64,000 nt of DNA from the human T2T-CHM13v2.0 reference genome, Homo sapiens, in the NCBI RefSeq assembly GCF_009914755.1, contig NC_060942.1. One strand, given 5' to 3'. The position numbers and the translations under genes are program-made. The notes beneath the pieces are model-generated. The model was not told the origin of the DNA. It did no database searches and saw only the letters and a list, made by a program, of their open reading frames with translations. This document shows, piece after piece, positions 39,842 through 64,000 of this stretch. Each line of letters begins with the position of its first letter. The stretch's first letter is position 1.

Positions 39842-40790
39842 CTTAACCATCACACCATGATGACAGTGCTGTTCAGCGTCTTCTTTTAGGAAGAGAGTTC
39901 TGCATTTTTTTCCACTGAGAAAGAATAATTATACATGCTTATATCTCTACAATTTTAGAAGCAACTGGTATGCTTCCAGGCTAGTTCTCATTTTTTTAAA
40001 AAAAGCTTATTTACCTTTAAGGGTTGGATGTCCAGTTTTAAACTTTGAGTAAGTTCATAATGTAACTTCATCTTTCATTTTAAGTTAAGTTAATCTTTCT
40101 ACTTTCTAGGATAAAACTGAGATATTCCAGTTCTATTTATACAGCAATCCTCCTCCTTGTAGGCAGCTCTCTTCCAAATTAGGCTCTCTTAACATCCTTT
40201 GCAAACCTGCCGCTGCTCCTCCTTCCTAAGTTGAAATAGTCCCCATACTTTTCATGGGTGGGGCACAGACCTCTGAGAGAACACAAATTAGAGTGCAGCC
40301 TTCCTTTCCTCTCTCATTCTGTGGACTTCAGCACATACTTTCTCTAGGAAACTTTCCCCTGTGGCTCCCTTGTATAAGAGCTTCTCTTTTCTGATTTTGT
40401 CTTAAGGTAAGAGTAACCACCATAGTTGATTTTAATCTTTGCTGTCCAACATATTCCTGAAATCCTGTGGGTTTTGGATCCTAGATCTCCACCCACAAGC
40501 TCTTTTTTCTTTTTTTTTACTGTTTTTACTTTTCCAAATGTGCACAAAAATAGAGAGTACAGTGATACGTACTACCTGTTCCAATAGTCATTAATACATT
40601 GCCAGACTTGTTTCATCCATTCATCTGTTTGTTGGTATATGTCTCTATCTTCCCCCACAACCTTTTTGTTTTGCTTAGGTATTACAAAGTAAATCATTTC
40701 ACTATTATCCGTGAAGTCCTTTAGTTATACATCTCAAAAAAAGAGTATTTTTACATAACACAATGTCATTACTATGCCTAATGTAATTAA

Positions 40791-43202
<2,412 letters not shown>

Positions 43203-43954
43203 AAATTAATAACTTGTTCCAATAAATAAAACATGGCAAGCATGAACTTTTTCATCTTGAGCCACCTGTTTAGCATGTCGTGGAACACTATAATTCAGTG
43301 GTGCACTGTTTGTATAATGTTGATATAGAAATAGCAGATTCTTTATAGTACCAAGATCATTTGCTATACTTAATAAATTGGAAGCATCATAAGCTCCAAG
43401 ACCAGGCTGTGAAGCCTGCTGAAAACCTGCTTAGCAACCACAGCTTGGCTCATTTTGCCATACCAACTCATAGATCCTAGATGTCGCTGTGGTGAATGGA
43501 AGAAAGGGGCACAGGGAAAGAGCCGGAAAAGGTGGGTGGTGTCAGGCAACAGGCACAGTGCCTGCAAAACCCAGGAAAACAGGATCAGACAGCTCTGTGC
43601 TGGGAACACAACCCTGGGACAGGCTCTACCACCTAGTGGATCAAATGTTTCTTCCTTAATCCTGCTCTTTGTTAGGCAAATTCGTTGAACTCTGACTTTG
43701 AACTCAGGGCTACAGTCCAGTACTAACCTTGACGGGTCTTGGCATCTTCCTTTTGGAACATCCAGGTTTTTCGTTATGACTCTCTCTTGTATCTCAGGTC
43801 AGATCTAGATAGATCCGTTGGTTCCTGCATAGAATGGATTTCTGTCTTGCTTCGCTCTAACATGTTACTTTTCTAATATTAAGGAATAAATAGGTGCTAG
43901 GAGTTCAAATTTTCTGTTTTCTGTTTTAAGAAAAACTATGCAAATTATTTAGAT

Positions 43955-47607
<3,653 letters not shown>

Positions 47608-48368
47608 TCAGTGTTGAATTTCACTGAACACATATACCAGAATTGGTATGCCAAAGGATAATGCCTTATGTACTTTTTTGTTGGGTTTTATTTTGCCAGA
47701 GATGTTTGTTTGGTCTAGATGTTTGCAACTGTTACCCAATAAGTACTTAAAGACACCGAAGACTAGAGTCATTTAGGCCTATTCAGAGTTTACTTTTAAA
47801 GCTGATGCATTGATTCAGAAAACCGACTAAAAAAGAAAACTGAATGTAATTTATCCATTGGGTCAAATAGCACAGGACCTAATTCCAAAATTAACTCCAG
47901 CCATAGATGTTTTCTACTAGTAATAGTAGCTTCTTCCTTAGAGTGAATTTTCTTCAAGAACATTCATTTAAGTATCCTTTTCTGCTTTGAGCCCATCAAA
48001 ACTTGTGAGTTGTATAAAATATGAGCCATAGCATAATATTCAGGAACAATTTCAATAAACTTTTTCTTCCAAAAAAAGCTATGTTAGGTAACTGTTCATT
48101 TTTTAAGTTAAGGAGATTTTTCTCTAAGTAGCCAAAATGGAATAATGATCACTTAACTCTAAGGTGTTTCTCTGAGAAACTGAATAGCAGTACCTTTATT
48201 CCAGATTAAACTTAAAAAAAAAAAACCCTTTTGTGTGATACCTATTGGGCCTATTAGATTTATGTAACTTCCCTCACTTTTAGAAATGACAGATTGACCC
48301 TATACTTTAAAATTGCTTATAAAAGTCCCTTAAGTTGCCACAAAAGCAGGTTTGAGATTGCATTATGA

Positions 48369-49242
<874 letters not shown>

Positions 49243-49352
49243 ACGTTTTTATTCTTAATTGATCTAACAGATGACAGCTCTTTCAAAATAATAGCAACAA
49301 TGTATTTAATTATGTGTGCTATGTATGTATATATATTATATATTTGTATATA

Positions 49353-49699
49353 CAGTAGTTCCCCCTTATCGGTGGGAGATACATTCCAGGGCCCACAGTG
49401 AATTCCTGAAACCACAGATAGTACCAAACCTTATAAATACTATACTTTTTCCTATACATACATTCCTATGATACAGTTTAATTTATAAATTAGGCATAGT
49501 AAGAGATTAACAATAACAATTTATAGCAATAATATGGTAATAAAATAAAAATAAAATAAAATAAAATAATACGGTAATAAAAGTTATGTGAATGTGATCT
49601 CTGTCTCTTTCTCTCAAAATATCTTAATAATTTCAGATGATAGTCAACCACAGATAATTGAAACTGGAAAGCAAAACTGCAGATAAGGGACAACTACTG
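49353..49699 (-). mobile_element. MER44A-like (TcMar-Tigger) MITE
   Basis: TA-flanked TIRs cagtagttccccttatc...gataagggacaactactg. Confidence 0.8.
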
Positions 49700-51889
49700 T
49701 ATGTATATATATTTATATATATTATATATAATATATACATTTTAATATATGCTTATGTTTGCTTATATATAAGTGAAATGAATGAAAACAATGATACATG
49801 GACAGGAGGGAGGAATTAGGATTATTTTGTCATTATAAGGTACTCACATTACCCATGAAGTGATATGGTTTATTCAAATGTGAACTTGATTCATTGTAAA
49901 TGTATACTGCACACTCCAGGACAACCACTAAAAAAAGTAGAAGCTTAAAAAAGAAGAGAAAATGGAATCAAATAAAATGCTCAATTAAAACCAAAAAGGC
50001 AGAAAAAGAGTAGAAGACAAAAATAGGAACAAAAGACAAGAACAACAAATAGAAGATAGTAACAAATATGATAGATATTAATCCAGTTATATTAGTAATC
50101 ATTTTGAACATCAGTGGTCTAAATGCACCAATTAAAAGAGATTGTTAGAGTGGATCAAAAAACAAGACCCTACTGTATGTTACCTACAAGAAACCCACTT
50201 TAAATATACAGACATATAGATTAAAAGTGAATGGATGGAGAATGATATACAATGGTAACACTAATCGAATGTAAGTGAGAACAGCTATATTAATTTCTGA
50301 CAGAGAAGACTTCACAGCAAGGAAAGTTATCAGAGATAAAGAGGGACATTACATAGTGATAAAGGGGTCAATTCTCCAAAAAGAAATAACAATCTTTAAT
50401 GTGTATGCACCTAACAACAGCATTAAACTATGTAAGGCAGGGCCAGGTGCAGTGGCTCATGCCACTTTGGGAGGCTGAGGCAGGTGGATCACTTGAGGGC
50501 AGGAGTTCAAGACCAGCCTGGTCAACATGGCGAAACCCTGTCTCTACCAAAAAAAAAATACAAAAATTAGCTGGGCATAGTGGTGCATGCCTATAATCCC
50601 AGCTACTTGGGATGCTGAGTCATGAGAATTACTTGAGCCTGAGAGGCAGAGGTTGCAGTGAGCTGAGATTGTGCAGCTGCACTGTCCAACCTGAGTGACA
50701 GAATGAGACTCTGTCTCAAAATGAAACAAAACAAAAACAAAACTCTGTGAGGCAAAAACTAACAGAACTGCAGTAGAAATCCACTCTTATAGTTGAAGAC
50801 TTCAAGCCCCCTCAACCCAGGAGGCAGAGAATCAATAGGGACATGTTTGAACTCAAAAACACCATTAATCAGCTGAATATAATGGATATCTATTGACTAT
50901 TTCATTCCACAACAGCAGAATATCCAAGCATGTAAGCTTTATCTCAAGCTTATGTGAAACATTCACCAAGATAGATCACATTCTGAACCATAAAACACAC
51001 CTTAGCAAATTTAAAAGAATAGAAATCCTACAATGTCTGCTCTCAGACTACAATGGAATTAAATAAAAAATCAATAACAGAAAGATAATTGGAAAATCCC
51101 AAAATATGTGAAGATTAAGCAACACACTTCTAAACACATGGATGAAAGAAGAAATCTCAAGAGGAATTTAAACCTTTTGTACTAAATAAAAAATGAAAAC
51201 ATCAAAATTTGAGGGATGCCATGAAAGCAGTGTTTAAGGGGAATTTATAACATTGGAATATATATATTCAAAAAGACAAAAGATCTAAAAATCAGTAATC
51301 CAAACTTTAGAAAACTAGAAAAAGAAGAGCAAACTCAATCCAAAGTAAGCAGAAGAAAAGAAGTAATACAAATTAGAGTAGAAATCAATGAAATTGAAAA
51401 TAAGAAATCAATAATCAACGAAATCAAAAGCTGTTTTTTTCAAACAGTTCAATAAAATGGATGATCTTCTAACTAGGTTAAGAAAAAGAGAGGACACAAA
51501 TTACTAACAGCAGAAATGAAAAAGAGAACATCACTATAGATCCTATGGATAGTAAAAGGACAATAAAAGAATGCTATGAAAACTCTTTGCCCATGGATTT
51601 GATAACCTAGGTGAAATGGACCAATTCCTTGAAGGACACAATCTGCCAAAACTCACACAAGAAGAAATTCACACGAGACTTCAAACCTATATTTTTTAAA
51701 TAAATTGAATCAATTGCTCATAACCTTCTAAAAGAGAAAGTACCAGACCCAATGGGTTTACTGGTAAATTCTACCAAACATTTAAGGAAAAAATACTAAG
51801 ACTCTACAGTCTCTTTCAGAAGACAGAAGCAGAGAGAATTCTTCCCAACTCATTCTGTGAGTTTAGCATTGTCCTAATACCCAAATTAG

Positions 51890-52144
<255 letters not shown>

Positions 52145-53669
52145 TGAGAACATCCTGGCTAACACAGTGAAACCCCATCTCTGCTAAAAATACAAAAAAT
52201 TAGCTGGGCGTGGTGGCGGACGCCTGTAGTCTCAGTTACTCAGGAGGCTGAGGCAGGAGAATGGTGTGAACCCGGGAGGCAGAGCTTGCGGTGAGCCAAG
52301 ATTGTGCCACTGCACTCCAGCCTGGGTGACAGAGCGATACTCCGTCTCAAAAAAAAAAAAAAAAAAAATCAAGCAATGTAATCTTATCACATCAACAAGT
52401 TAAAAAAGAAAAAAAAATCACATGATTATATCAATAGATGCAGAAAAAGCATTTAATAAAATCCAACACCCATTCATGATAAAAACTCTCAGCAAACTAG
52501 GACTAGAGGGAAACTTTCTAAACTTGGTAAAGAATATCTTCAAGAAACTTAGAGCTAACATCAAACTTAATGGTAAGAAACTGGAAGCTTTCCCACTATA
52601 GTCAGGAACAAGGCAAGGATGTCCCCTCTTATCACTGCTTTTCAACATCATACTGGAAGTTCTAGCTAACACAATAATACAAGGAAAGGAAATAAAAGGT
52701 GTACAGAGTAGGAAGGAAGAAATAAAACTATCTTTGTTTGAAGATGACATGATTGTCTATGTAGAAAACCTGAAAGAATTGACCAAAAATACTCCTGAAA
52801 TGAATAAGCAATTACAGTAAAGTTGCAGGATATAAGGTTAATATATAAAAAGCAATTGCTGTTCTACATACCAGCAATGAACAGTAGAATTTGAAATTGG
52901 AAACACAATACTATTTATATTAGCACCCCCAAATACTTAGGTATAAATCTAACAAAATATGCGCAAGGTCTGTATGAGGAAAACTACAGTAATCTCATGA
53001 ATGAAATCAAAGAATTAAATAAATGGGGGATATTCTATGTTCATGGATAGGAAGATTCCATACTGTCAAGATGTCAGTTCTTCCCACCTTCATCTATAGA
53101 CTTTTTTTTTTTCTTAGATGGAGTCTCGCTCTTTCACCCAAGCTGGAGTACAGTGGCCAATCTTGGTTCACTGCAACCTCTGCCTCCCGGGTTCAAGCAA
53201 TTCTGCTGCCACAGCCTCCCAAGTATCTGGGATTACAGGTGCCTGCCACCATGCCCAGCTAATTTTTTTGTATTTTTATTAGAGAAAGGGTTTCACCATG
53301 TTTGCTATGCTGGCTTCAAACTCCTGACCTCAAGTGATCCCCCTGCCTCAGCCTCCCAAAGTGCTGGGATTACAGGCGTAAGCCACCACACCCGGCCTTC
53401 ATCTATAGATTTAATGCAATTGCAATAAAAATCCTAGCAATTTATCTTATGGATATTGACAAACTGATTCTAAAGTTTATATGGAAAGGCAAAAGACACA
53501 GAATAGCCAACACAATATTGAAGGAGAGAAGAAAGTTGGAGGACTGATACTACTGGACTTCAAGACTTACTATAAAGCTACAGTAATCAAGACAGTGTGG
53601 TAATGGCAAAAAAACAGACAAATAGATGAAAGGAAAATAATAGCCCAGAAACTGACCCACATAAATATA

Positions 53670-54328
<659 letters not shown>

Positions 54329-54331
54329 TAG

Positions 54332-54757
<426 letters not shown>

Positions 54758-55380
54758 TGAATCTATACACAAACCTGTTTCACAAAAATTAACTCAAAGT
54801 AGATCACAGACCTAAATAAATGTAAACACAATACTGTGAAACTCCTAGAAGATAACATAAGAGAAAATCTAAATGACCTTGGATTTGGCAGAGACTTTAA
54901 TTTTTGGGGTTTTGTTTGAGACAGGGTCTCTACTCTGTTGCCCAGGCTGGAGTGCAGTGGCATGATGTCAGCTCACTGTAGCCTTGACCTCCCAGGCTCA
55001 AGCCATCTTCCACCTCAGCCTCCCAAGTAGCTAGGACTACAGGCATGTGCCACCACGCCTGGCTAATTCTTGTATTTTTTGTAGAGATGGGGTTTTGCCA
55101 TGTTGCCCAGGCTGGTCTTGAACTCGTAAGCTCAAGTGATCCACCCGCCTCGGCCTCCCAAAGTGCTGGGATTACAGGCGTGAGCCTGGCAGTGACTTTT
55201 TAGATACAACACCAAAGGCACAATACATGAAAGAAAGAACTGATAAGCCGAATTTCATTAAAATTAAAAATTTCTACTCTGCAAAAGACACTGTAAAGAA
55301 AATGAAAAGATCAGCCACAGACTAGGAGAAAATATTTACAAAAGTTGTATCTAATAAAGGACTGTTACCCAGAATATACA

Positions 55381-56870
55381 AAAACAAAACAAGGATGCCC
55401 TCTCTCACCACTCCTATTCAATATAGTATTGGAAGTCCTGGCCAGAGCAATGAGGCAAGAGAAAGGAATAAAAGGCATCCAAATAGGAAGAGAGGAAGTC
55501 AAACTATCCCTGTTTGCAGACAACACAATTCTATATCTAGAAAACCCCATAGTCTCTGCCCAAAAGCTCCTTGAACTGATAAACAACTTCAGCAAAGTTT
55601 TGGGGTACAAAATCAATGTACAAAAAATCAGTAGCGCTTTTATACACTAACCAGCACCCATGCTGAGAGCCAAATTAGGAACTCAATCCCATTCACAGTT
55701 GTCACAAAAAGAATAAAATACCTAGGAATATACCTAACCAGTGAGATAAAAGATCTCTACAGTGAGAATTACAAAACACTTTTCAAAGAAATCAGAGATG
55801 ACCAAAACAAATGGAAGAACATTCTATGCTCTTGGATAGGAAGAATCAATATCACTTAAATGGTCATACTAGCCAGGTGTGGTGGCTCATGCCTGTAATC
55901 CCAGCACCTTGGGAGGCCAAGATGGGTGGATCACTGAGTTTAGGAGTTTGAGACCAGCCTGGGCAACTTAACGAAATACCATCTCTACAAAAAATACCAA
56001 AAAAAAAAAAAATTAGCTGGGCATTGTGGCTCACACCTGTAGTCCTACCTACTACAGAGGCTGAGGCTGGAGGATCACTAGAGCCTGGGAAATGAGAAAA
56101 TGCTCAATATCACTAATCATTACGTAAATGCAAATCAAAACCACAATGAGATACTATCTCACACCAGTCAGAGTGGCTATGATATTAAAAAGTCAAAAAA
56201 TAACAGATGCTGGCGAAGTTGCGGAGAAAAGGGAACACTTACATACTGCTGGTGGGAGTGTAAATTAGTTCAACCATTGTGGAAAGCAGTGTAACGATTC
56301 CTCAAAGAACTAAAAATAGAACTACCATTTGACCCAGCAGTCCCACTACTCAGTATATACCCAAAGGAATATAAATCATTCTACCTTAAAGACACATATG
56401 TTCATTTCAGCACTGTTCACAATAGCAAAGACATGGAATCAACCTAAATGCCCATCGATGGTAGACTGGATGAAGAAAGAGTGGTACATACACACCATGG
56501 AATACTATGCAGCCAGAAAAAAGAATGCGATCATGTCCTTTGCGGGAACATGGATGGAACTGGAAGCCATTATCATTACCCTTAGCAAACTATCGCAGAA
56601 ACAGAAAACCAAAGACCGTTATGTTCTCATTGAGCTAAATAATGAGAACACGTGGACAGAAGGAGGGGAACAACAGACACTGAGGCCTACTTGAGGGTGG
56701 AGGACGGGAGGAGGGAGAGGTTCAGAAAAAAAACTACTGGGTACTATGCTTGGTATTCAGGTGATGAAATAACCTGTACACCAAACCCCTGAATCACAAG
56801 TTTATCTATATAACAAACCTGCACAAGTACCCCTGAACTTAAAATAAAAGTTAAAGTGTTTTTAAAAAAT
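55381..56870 (+). mobile_element. 5'-truncated L1P (PA/PB-type) with an internal deletion and a truncated Alu (~55872-56090)
   Basis: [20 protein letters not shown]...LFADN.ILYLENP RT segment; C-terminal ALFTIAKTWNQPKCPS; 3' UTR ending ccctgaacttaaaataaaag. Confidence 0.9.
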
Positions 56871-57339
56871 AGATCCCAGAGGAAAAAACTATAATGGACA
56901 ATACAATTCCATATAAAAGAAATATGTCTATCCATGTATCCTTTTGTAGAATAAAGAGACTTGTTTGAAAAAAACTTCTTAGTATTTTTATTAGAAGTGC
57001 GTTGAATCTATAGATCAATTTGTAGAGAATTGAAGTTTTAATATTGATTCTTCCTACCCATAAACATGGTATCACTTTGTTTTTAATGAGAAACTCAGAT
57101 GAGACTGTACTATGGAGTGAATTAGTTGTAGACTTTTAAAACTTGATGCTTCTTTGATTAAAGATATCTTGAAGAGAAAAAAAGATCCTGATTTCTTAAC
57201 ATCAGGCATTCCCTATATACTGTGTGGCTCATTAGAGAATTTTGTCTAGGAAAACAGTTTTTAATTCTTTAAAATGTCAGGGTAGCAGTGTCTAAATTGG
57301 ATTTGATCTAGTCAGTCATGGAATATTTTGTGAAACTTA

Positions 57340-57590
57340 ATAATAGCTAATGCTTTTATAGCATCTTGTATGTGGCAAGCACTCTCCATGTATTACTTCA
57401 TTCAGTCCTAACAACAAACCTAAAGAGTGTGAGAGTGTTATTTTCCCTCATCTGTTCCACACATGAGGAAACTGTGGCCAGAACTCAGTGACCTCCTAAG
57501 GTCAAATAACTAGTATGGAGGAAAGCCAGGGTTCCAGCCACGCAGTCTTGCTTCAAGGGTCCATGCTCCGTGATCCATTATGTTACATGG
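57340..57590 (-). mobile_element. MIR
   Basis: taatagctaa...atgaggaaactgtggcc...cctaaggtca...agccagggtt. Confidence 0.65.
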
Positions 57591-58462
57591 CTTCTAGATG
57601 TTATACATTATTCAGCTTCTTGTGAAGATGAAGGTGAAGGTGGTTATCATTCTAAAATCACATCATATACACAGTAGCTTTCATCTGTAGCCATGATAAC
57701 TGTTACTCTTGAGCTAGTAATGATGTTGGCTTTAATAAGTAATTGTTTACAACTACTGATTTTTCATGATCTCCAAAAAGATAACTGGGACTGAGGACAA
57801 AGCTGTAGTCTATGAACTTAGATTTTCTCTTTGGATTCAGCCAGATTGCCTGAGAACTGCATACTTAGACTGCATTTTTGTGGCTCTTTATGAAATTGCC
57901 TCAGCTGAACTACACTTGGCTTTACACATTGAGTCTTCATTTAGAGGCATCGTATAAATATGACAATTTGAGAGAGGACAGATGGTAGTGAGATTTTTAT
58001 GTTTATCAAAACAGAGCCCAGGTTTTAAAAGATTAAGGAAAGCTGCCCTAGACAATGCCATGCCCTCATTTTTCAGTTTCAGTCATTATTTTTCTCAGCA
58101 GTGTCCTTTTGGCTTCACTGTGTCTTCTAACATCATCAGCCAAATTGTTTCTTTCTTTTGTAATCTGTAGTTTCAAAATAATAGGAGTTGTTTTGCTTTC
58201 AGAAAAAGACAATTATAATGTTGATTTGGTTCTTTTAAAAAACTAAACACACCCTCTGGAGATTCTAATTTACTCCGTATTCATGCTGAGGAAACTAAGT
58301 GCCAGCAATGAAAACTTGTGTCTACTCTCAAACCCCTCTCACAATGAGGTCTATTTGATCAGATGCTGTGAATCCCATCAGCTTTTCTGGGTAACTGCCA
58401 GCACATTTTGCCGTAGCGATATAGCTACTATGGCTAGTCTCCTGCCATCTGTTCTTCTAATG

Positions 58463-58620
58463 CAACTGTTCTCAAACATTTTTTTTGAATCTCAGGACCC
58501 CTCTATACTCTGAAAAATTCAGTCTTTTGTGCTGTGTTGTAGTGGTTGAAGTATATAAAGAAAATACAGCCTCACACAGCTATGTAATTGGAAAAAAGCA
58601 TTTTTAATAGCCTTGTCCAA
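58463..58620 (+). mobile_element. Charlie1-type hAT fragment
   Basis: gttctcaaac...tctcaggacccctctatactct...gttgaagtatataaagaaaat. Confidence 0.6.
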
Positions 58621-59394
58621 TAATTATGTATCTGGAGTATTGTATTAATATATTCAGCATTTTAAAACTCATGAAGTAATAATTTTGCATATCTAGGTAG
58701 ATTACTTAAGGTTCAAGTATTATGTTAAGTTTTGCAAAAATATAGAAAAGAAAGCCATCTAGCATCTACTGCTATTAACATATATGTATTTCTCTTCAAA
58801 ATATAATTTAAAAACTAAAATTACTACTTGAACATATCCTTGAACATAGTAAATTCAAGCAATGCCAAAAAGGTGCTTATAATGAAATGCCTCCCTTCTT
58901 TATACCCCTAGTCGCTCTCCCTCAAGTTGTTTATCATACAACTAGTAAAGAGGTATATATTTTTCAACCTATTTTTGAAATATACATCTAGAAAGTATAC
59001 CCCAAAAGTGTACAGCAAAATAAATTTACCTGAGCTTTACACACCCGTTACTAGCATCCATACGGAAAACCAGAACATTGCTAGCACCACCAAAAGCTTC
59101 ACTGTGCTTATCCGCACGTTTTAAGTACATAGTTGTACTTAAAACTCTATGATACCTTTAGAATAACTCTAAGATATCTTTATCTTTTAAAAACTCTAAG
59201 ATACCTTTAGAATAACTATACTTATTTACATCAAAAGGTATCTTTCAATAATATTTTTAGTCTTTTTTTTTTTTTTCCATTTACAGAAAGCACTTACATG
59301 AACCATACATCTCAGCTTTGGTTTCTTCTTGTCCTCATCACTGGAAAGTTCTAACTTTTGGGAAAGTTAACCATATTTAGAAAAAACAAGAGGA

Positions 59395-60096
<702 letters not shown>

Positions 60097-60179
60097 TCAG
60101 CAACTTTAGATAACCAATAACAAAAAGGTTGAGGTGAACCACTTAATATCAAAATATGTCTTACATGCAATGACTAAAT

Positions 60180-61610
<1,431 letters not shown>

Positions 61611-61799
61611 ATCACATTTTCCAACTCCTTCAAGTTAATGTGACTTCTGGTTCAATATGATGGTCTAAATTCACATATTTTCTTCCCTTCCACTTAGGAT
61701 GCCAGTAAAATGAAATAAAGGGATAAGATTGGAAATAACTCTAAAAACAAAGATAAATAAAAGGAACAATTGTAATTTGAGTCTGCATCAGATATCTAA

Positions 61800-62131
<332 letters not shown>

Positions 62132-62590
62132 AGATGTGCTTGCTCTTTAGTAAACAGATTGGAAGGAACACCAAAACAAATTGCATAAAAGGGGGTTATG
62201 GTGAGAGTATGAGTGACCTTTCCGGCTAAACCCCAAAGAGGCTCCAGTTGCAGCTTTATGGAGTGTGGGTGTGAGAAATGAATTTGAAAATAGCGAGATT
62301 ATTTGAAGATCTGTCTGTAGAACAGCTGTATGATTTGATAACCAATTCCCTCCTCCATTCGTCAGAAAAAGTTCCAAGTAATTAAGAAGTTTCTCTAGGA
62401 AAAAGAAATTGGAGAATTTCTTTCTAGAGAAATTGAAGGGAACTAGCTGAAAAGAAGTAGGGCCACTGATGTGTTATTGGTACCCAGGCAAGGCCTCCTC
62501 ATTCAGGCATTGTAGGGAGGGAAGGTGTCTCCAGCCTAATGACTAGATGCGAAAGAAAAATAGAATAAGTGTAGCTTAAAAGAAAGAACG

Positions 62591-62898
<308 letters not shown>

Positions 62899-63067
62899 AA
62901 AAGAAAGAACGAAGTAAAAAGCAGACCAAGGAGGAAATATTTAGGACATAAAAGAAATCTTTTAAAAACTGATTGTTATCTTTTAGAAAAAGTTAACAAA
63001 GTATCATGTCTGTATTATGAAAAACAATCAGAATAAGAAAGCTTTTGCAAATTTAAAATTCAAATGG

Positions 63068-63649
<582 letters not shown>

Positions 63650-64000
63650 GCAATTGGAAAAATAATAAGAGAGTCTGAAAATATTATTGGAGTGTCATAG
63701 AATATAGTGAAAACAGGCAGATAATATAACAGGGAAAGAATAGGCACTCCAGAAGAATTAAAAAAAAAAGAAAAAAGGAAGGAGGGAAGAAATTATCGAA
63801 TAGTAGAAGAAAAATTACCAAAGCTGAGAAAAAAAACAGTGAGTCCTTAGGTTGAAAGAGCCTTCAGAATGCTGAGTGAGATGAGTGAAAAAAGACCTAC
63901 ATGTGGCACATCTTCACAAAATTTTACAACTTCTAGGTTAAAAAATATTCTAAAATATTTCAGAAAGAATAATAGAGTTTGTATACAAGAAGTTAAAAAT
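63650..64000 (+). mobile_element. Old L1/HAL1 ORF1-like remnant
   Basis: A-rich ORF1-like motifs (tagaagaaaaattacca...gttgaaagagcc...aaaaagacctaca...gcacatc). Confidence 0.5.

Noticed and set aside
50813-50832. aacccaggaggcagag looks like an Alu filler inside L1
   Set aside because: Too short, and largely explained by L1 sequence (aggcagaaaatc-like) at a small deletion.
62390-62432. Imperfect hairpin tttctctag...aagaaatt-ggag-aatttctt...ctagagaaa
   Set aside because: Short AT-rich arms with a bulge, within probable old L1-derived DNA; too short for a pre-miRNA.

Overview
Human genomic DNA, identified by about 50 Alus (manual count) including a human-specific AluYb8. It contains the 5' half of TWSG1 (twisted gastrulation BMP signalling modulator 1) on the + strand: a CpG-island promoter (~11.1-12.6 kb), non-coding exon 1 ending at 12134, exon 2 (14407-14566, ATG at 14444) and exon 3 (37154-37253). 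Together these encode the signal peptide and the Cys-rich N-terminal domain (residues 1-74). The remaining exons lie beyond the window. Almost everything else is intronic or intergenic repeat DNA (Alu, L1, L2, MIR, MLT LTRs, Tigger/MER/Charlie DNA transposons), and nearly all ORFs in the supplied track are repeat-derived or GC-rich artefacts. I found no convincing novel biological system. The best second-look items are a 6-codon uORF created only by exon1-exon2 splicing, a chain of minus-strand splice sites suggesting a divergent lncRNA, a candidate Alu poison exon after exon 3, a young AluYb8, a near full-length Tigger1, a convergent pair of CTCF-like motifs and several template-switch-like micro-rearrangements. 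Repeat boundaries and subfamily names come from visual recognition and are approximate.
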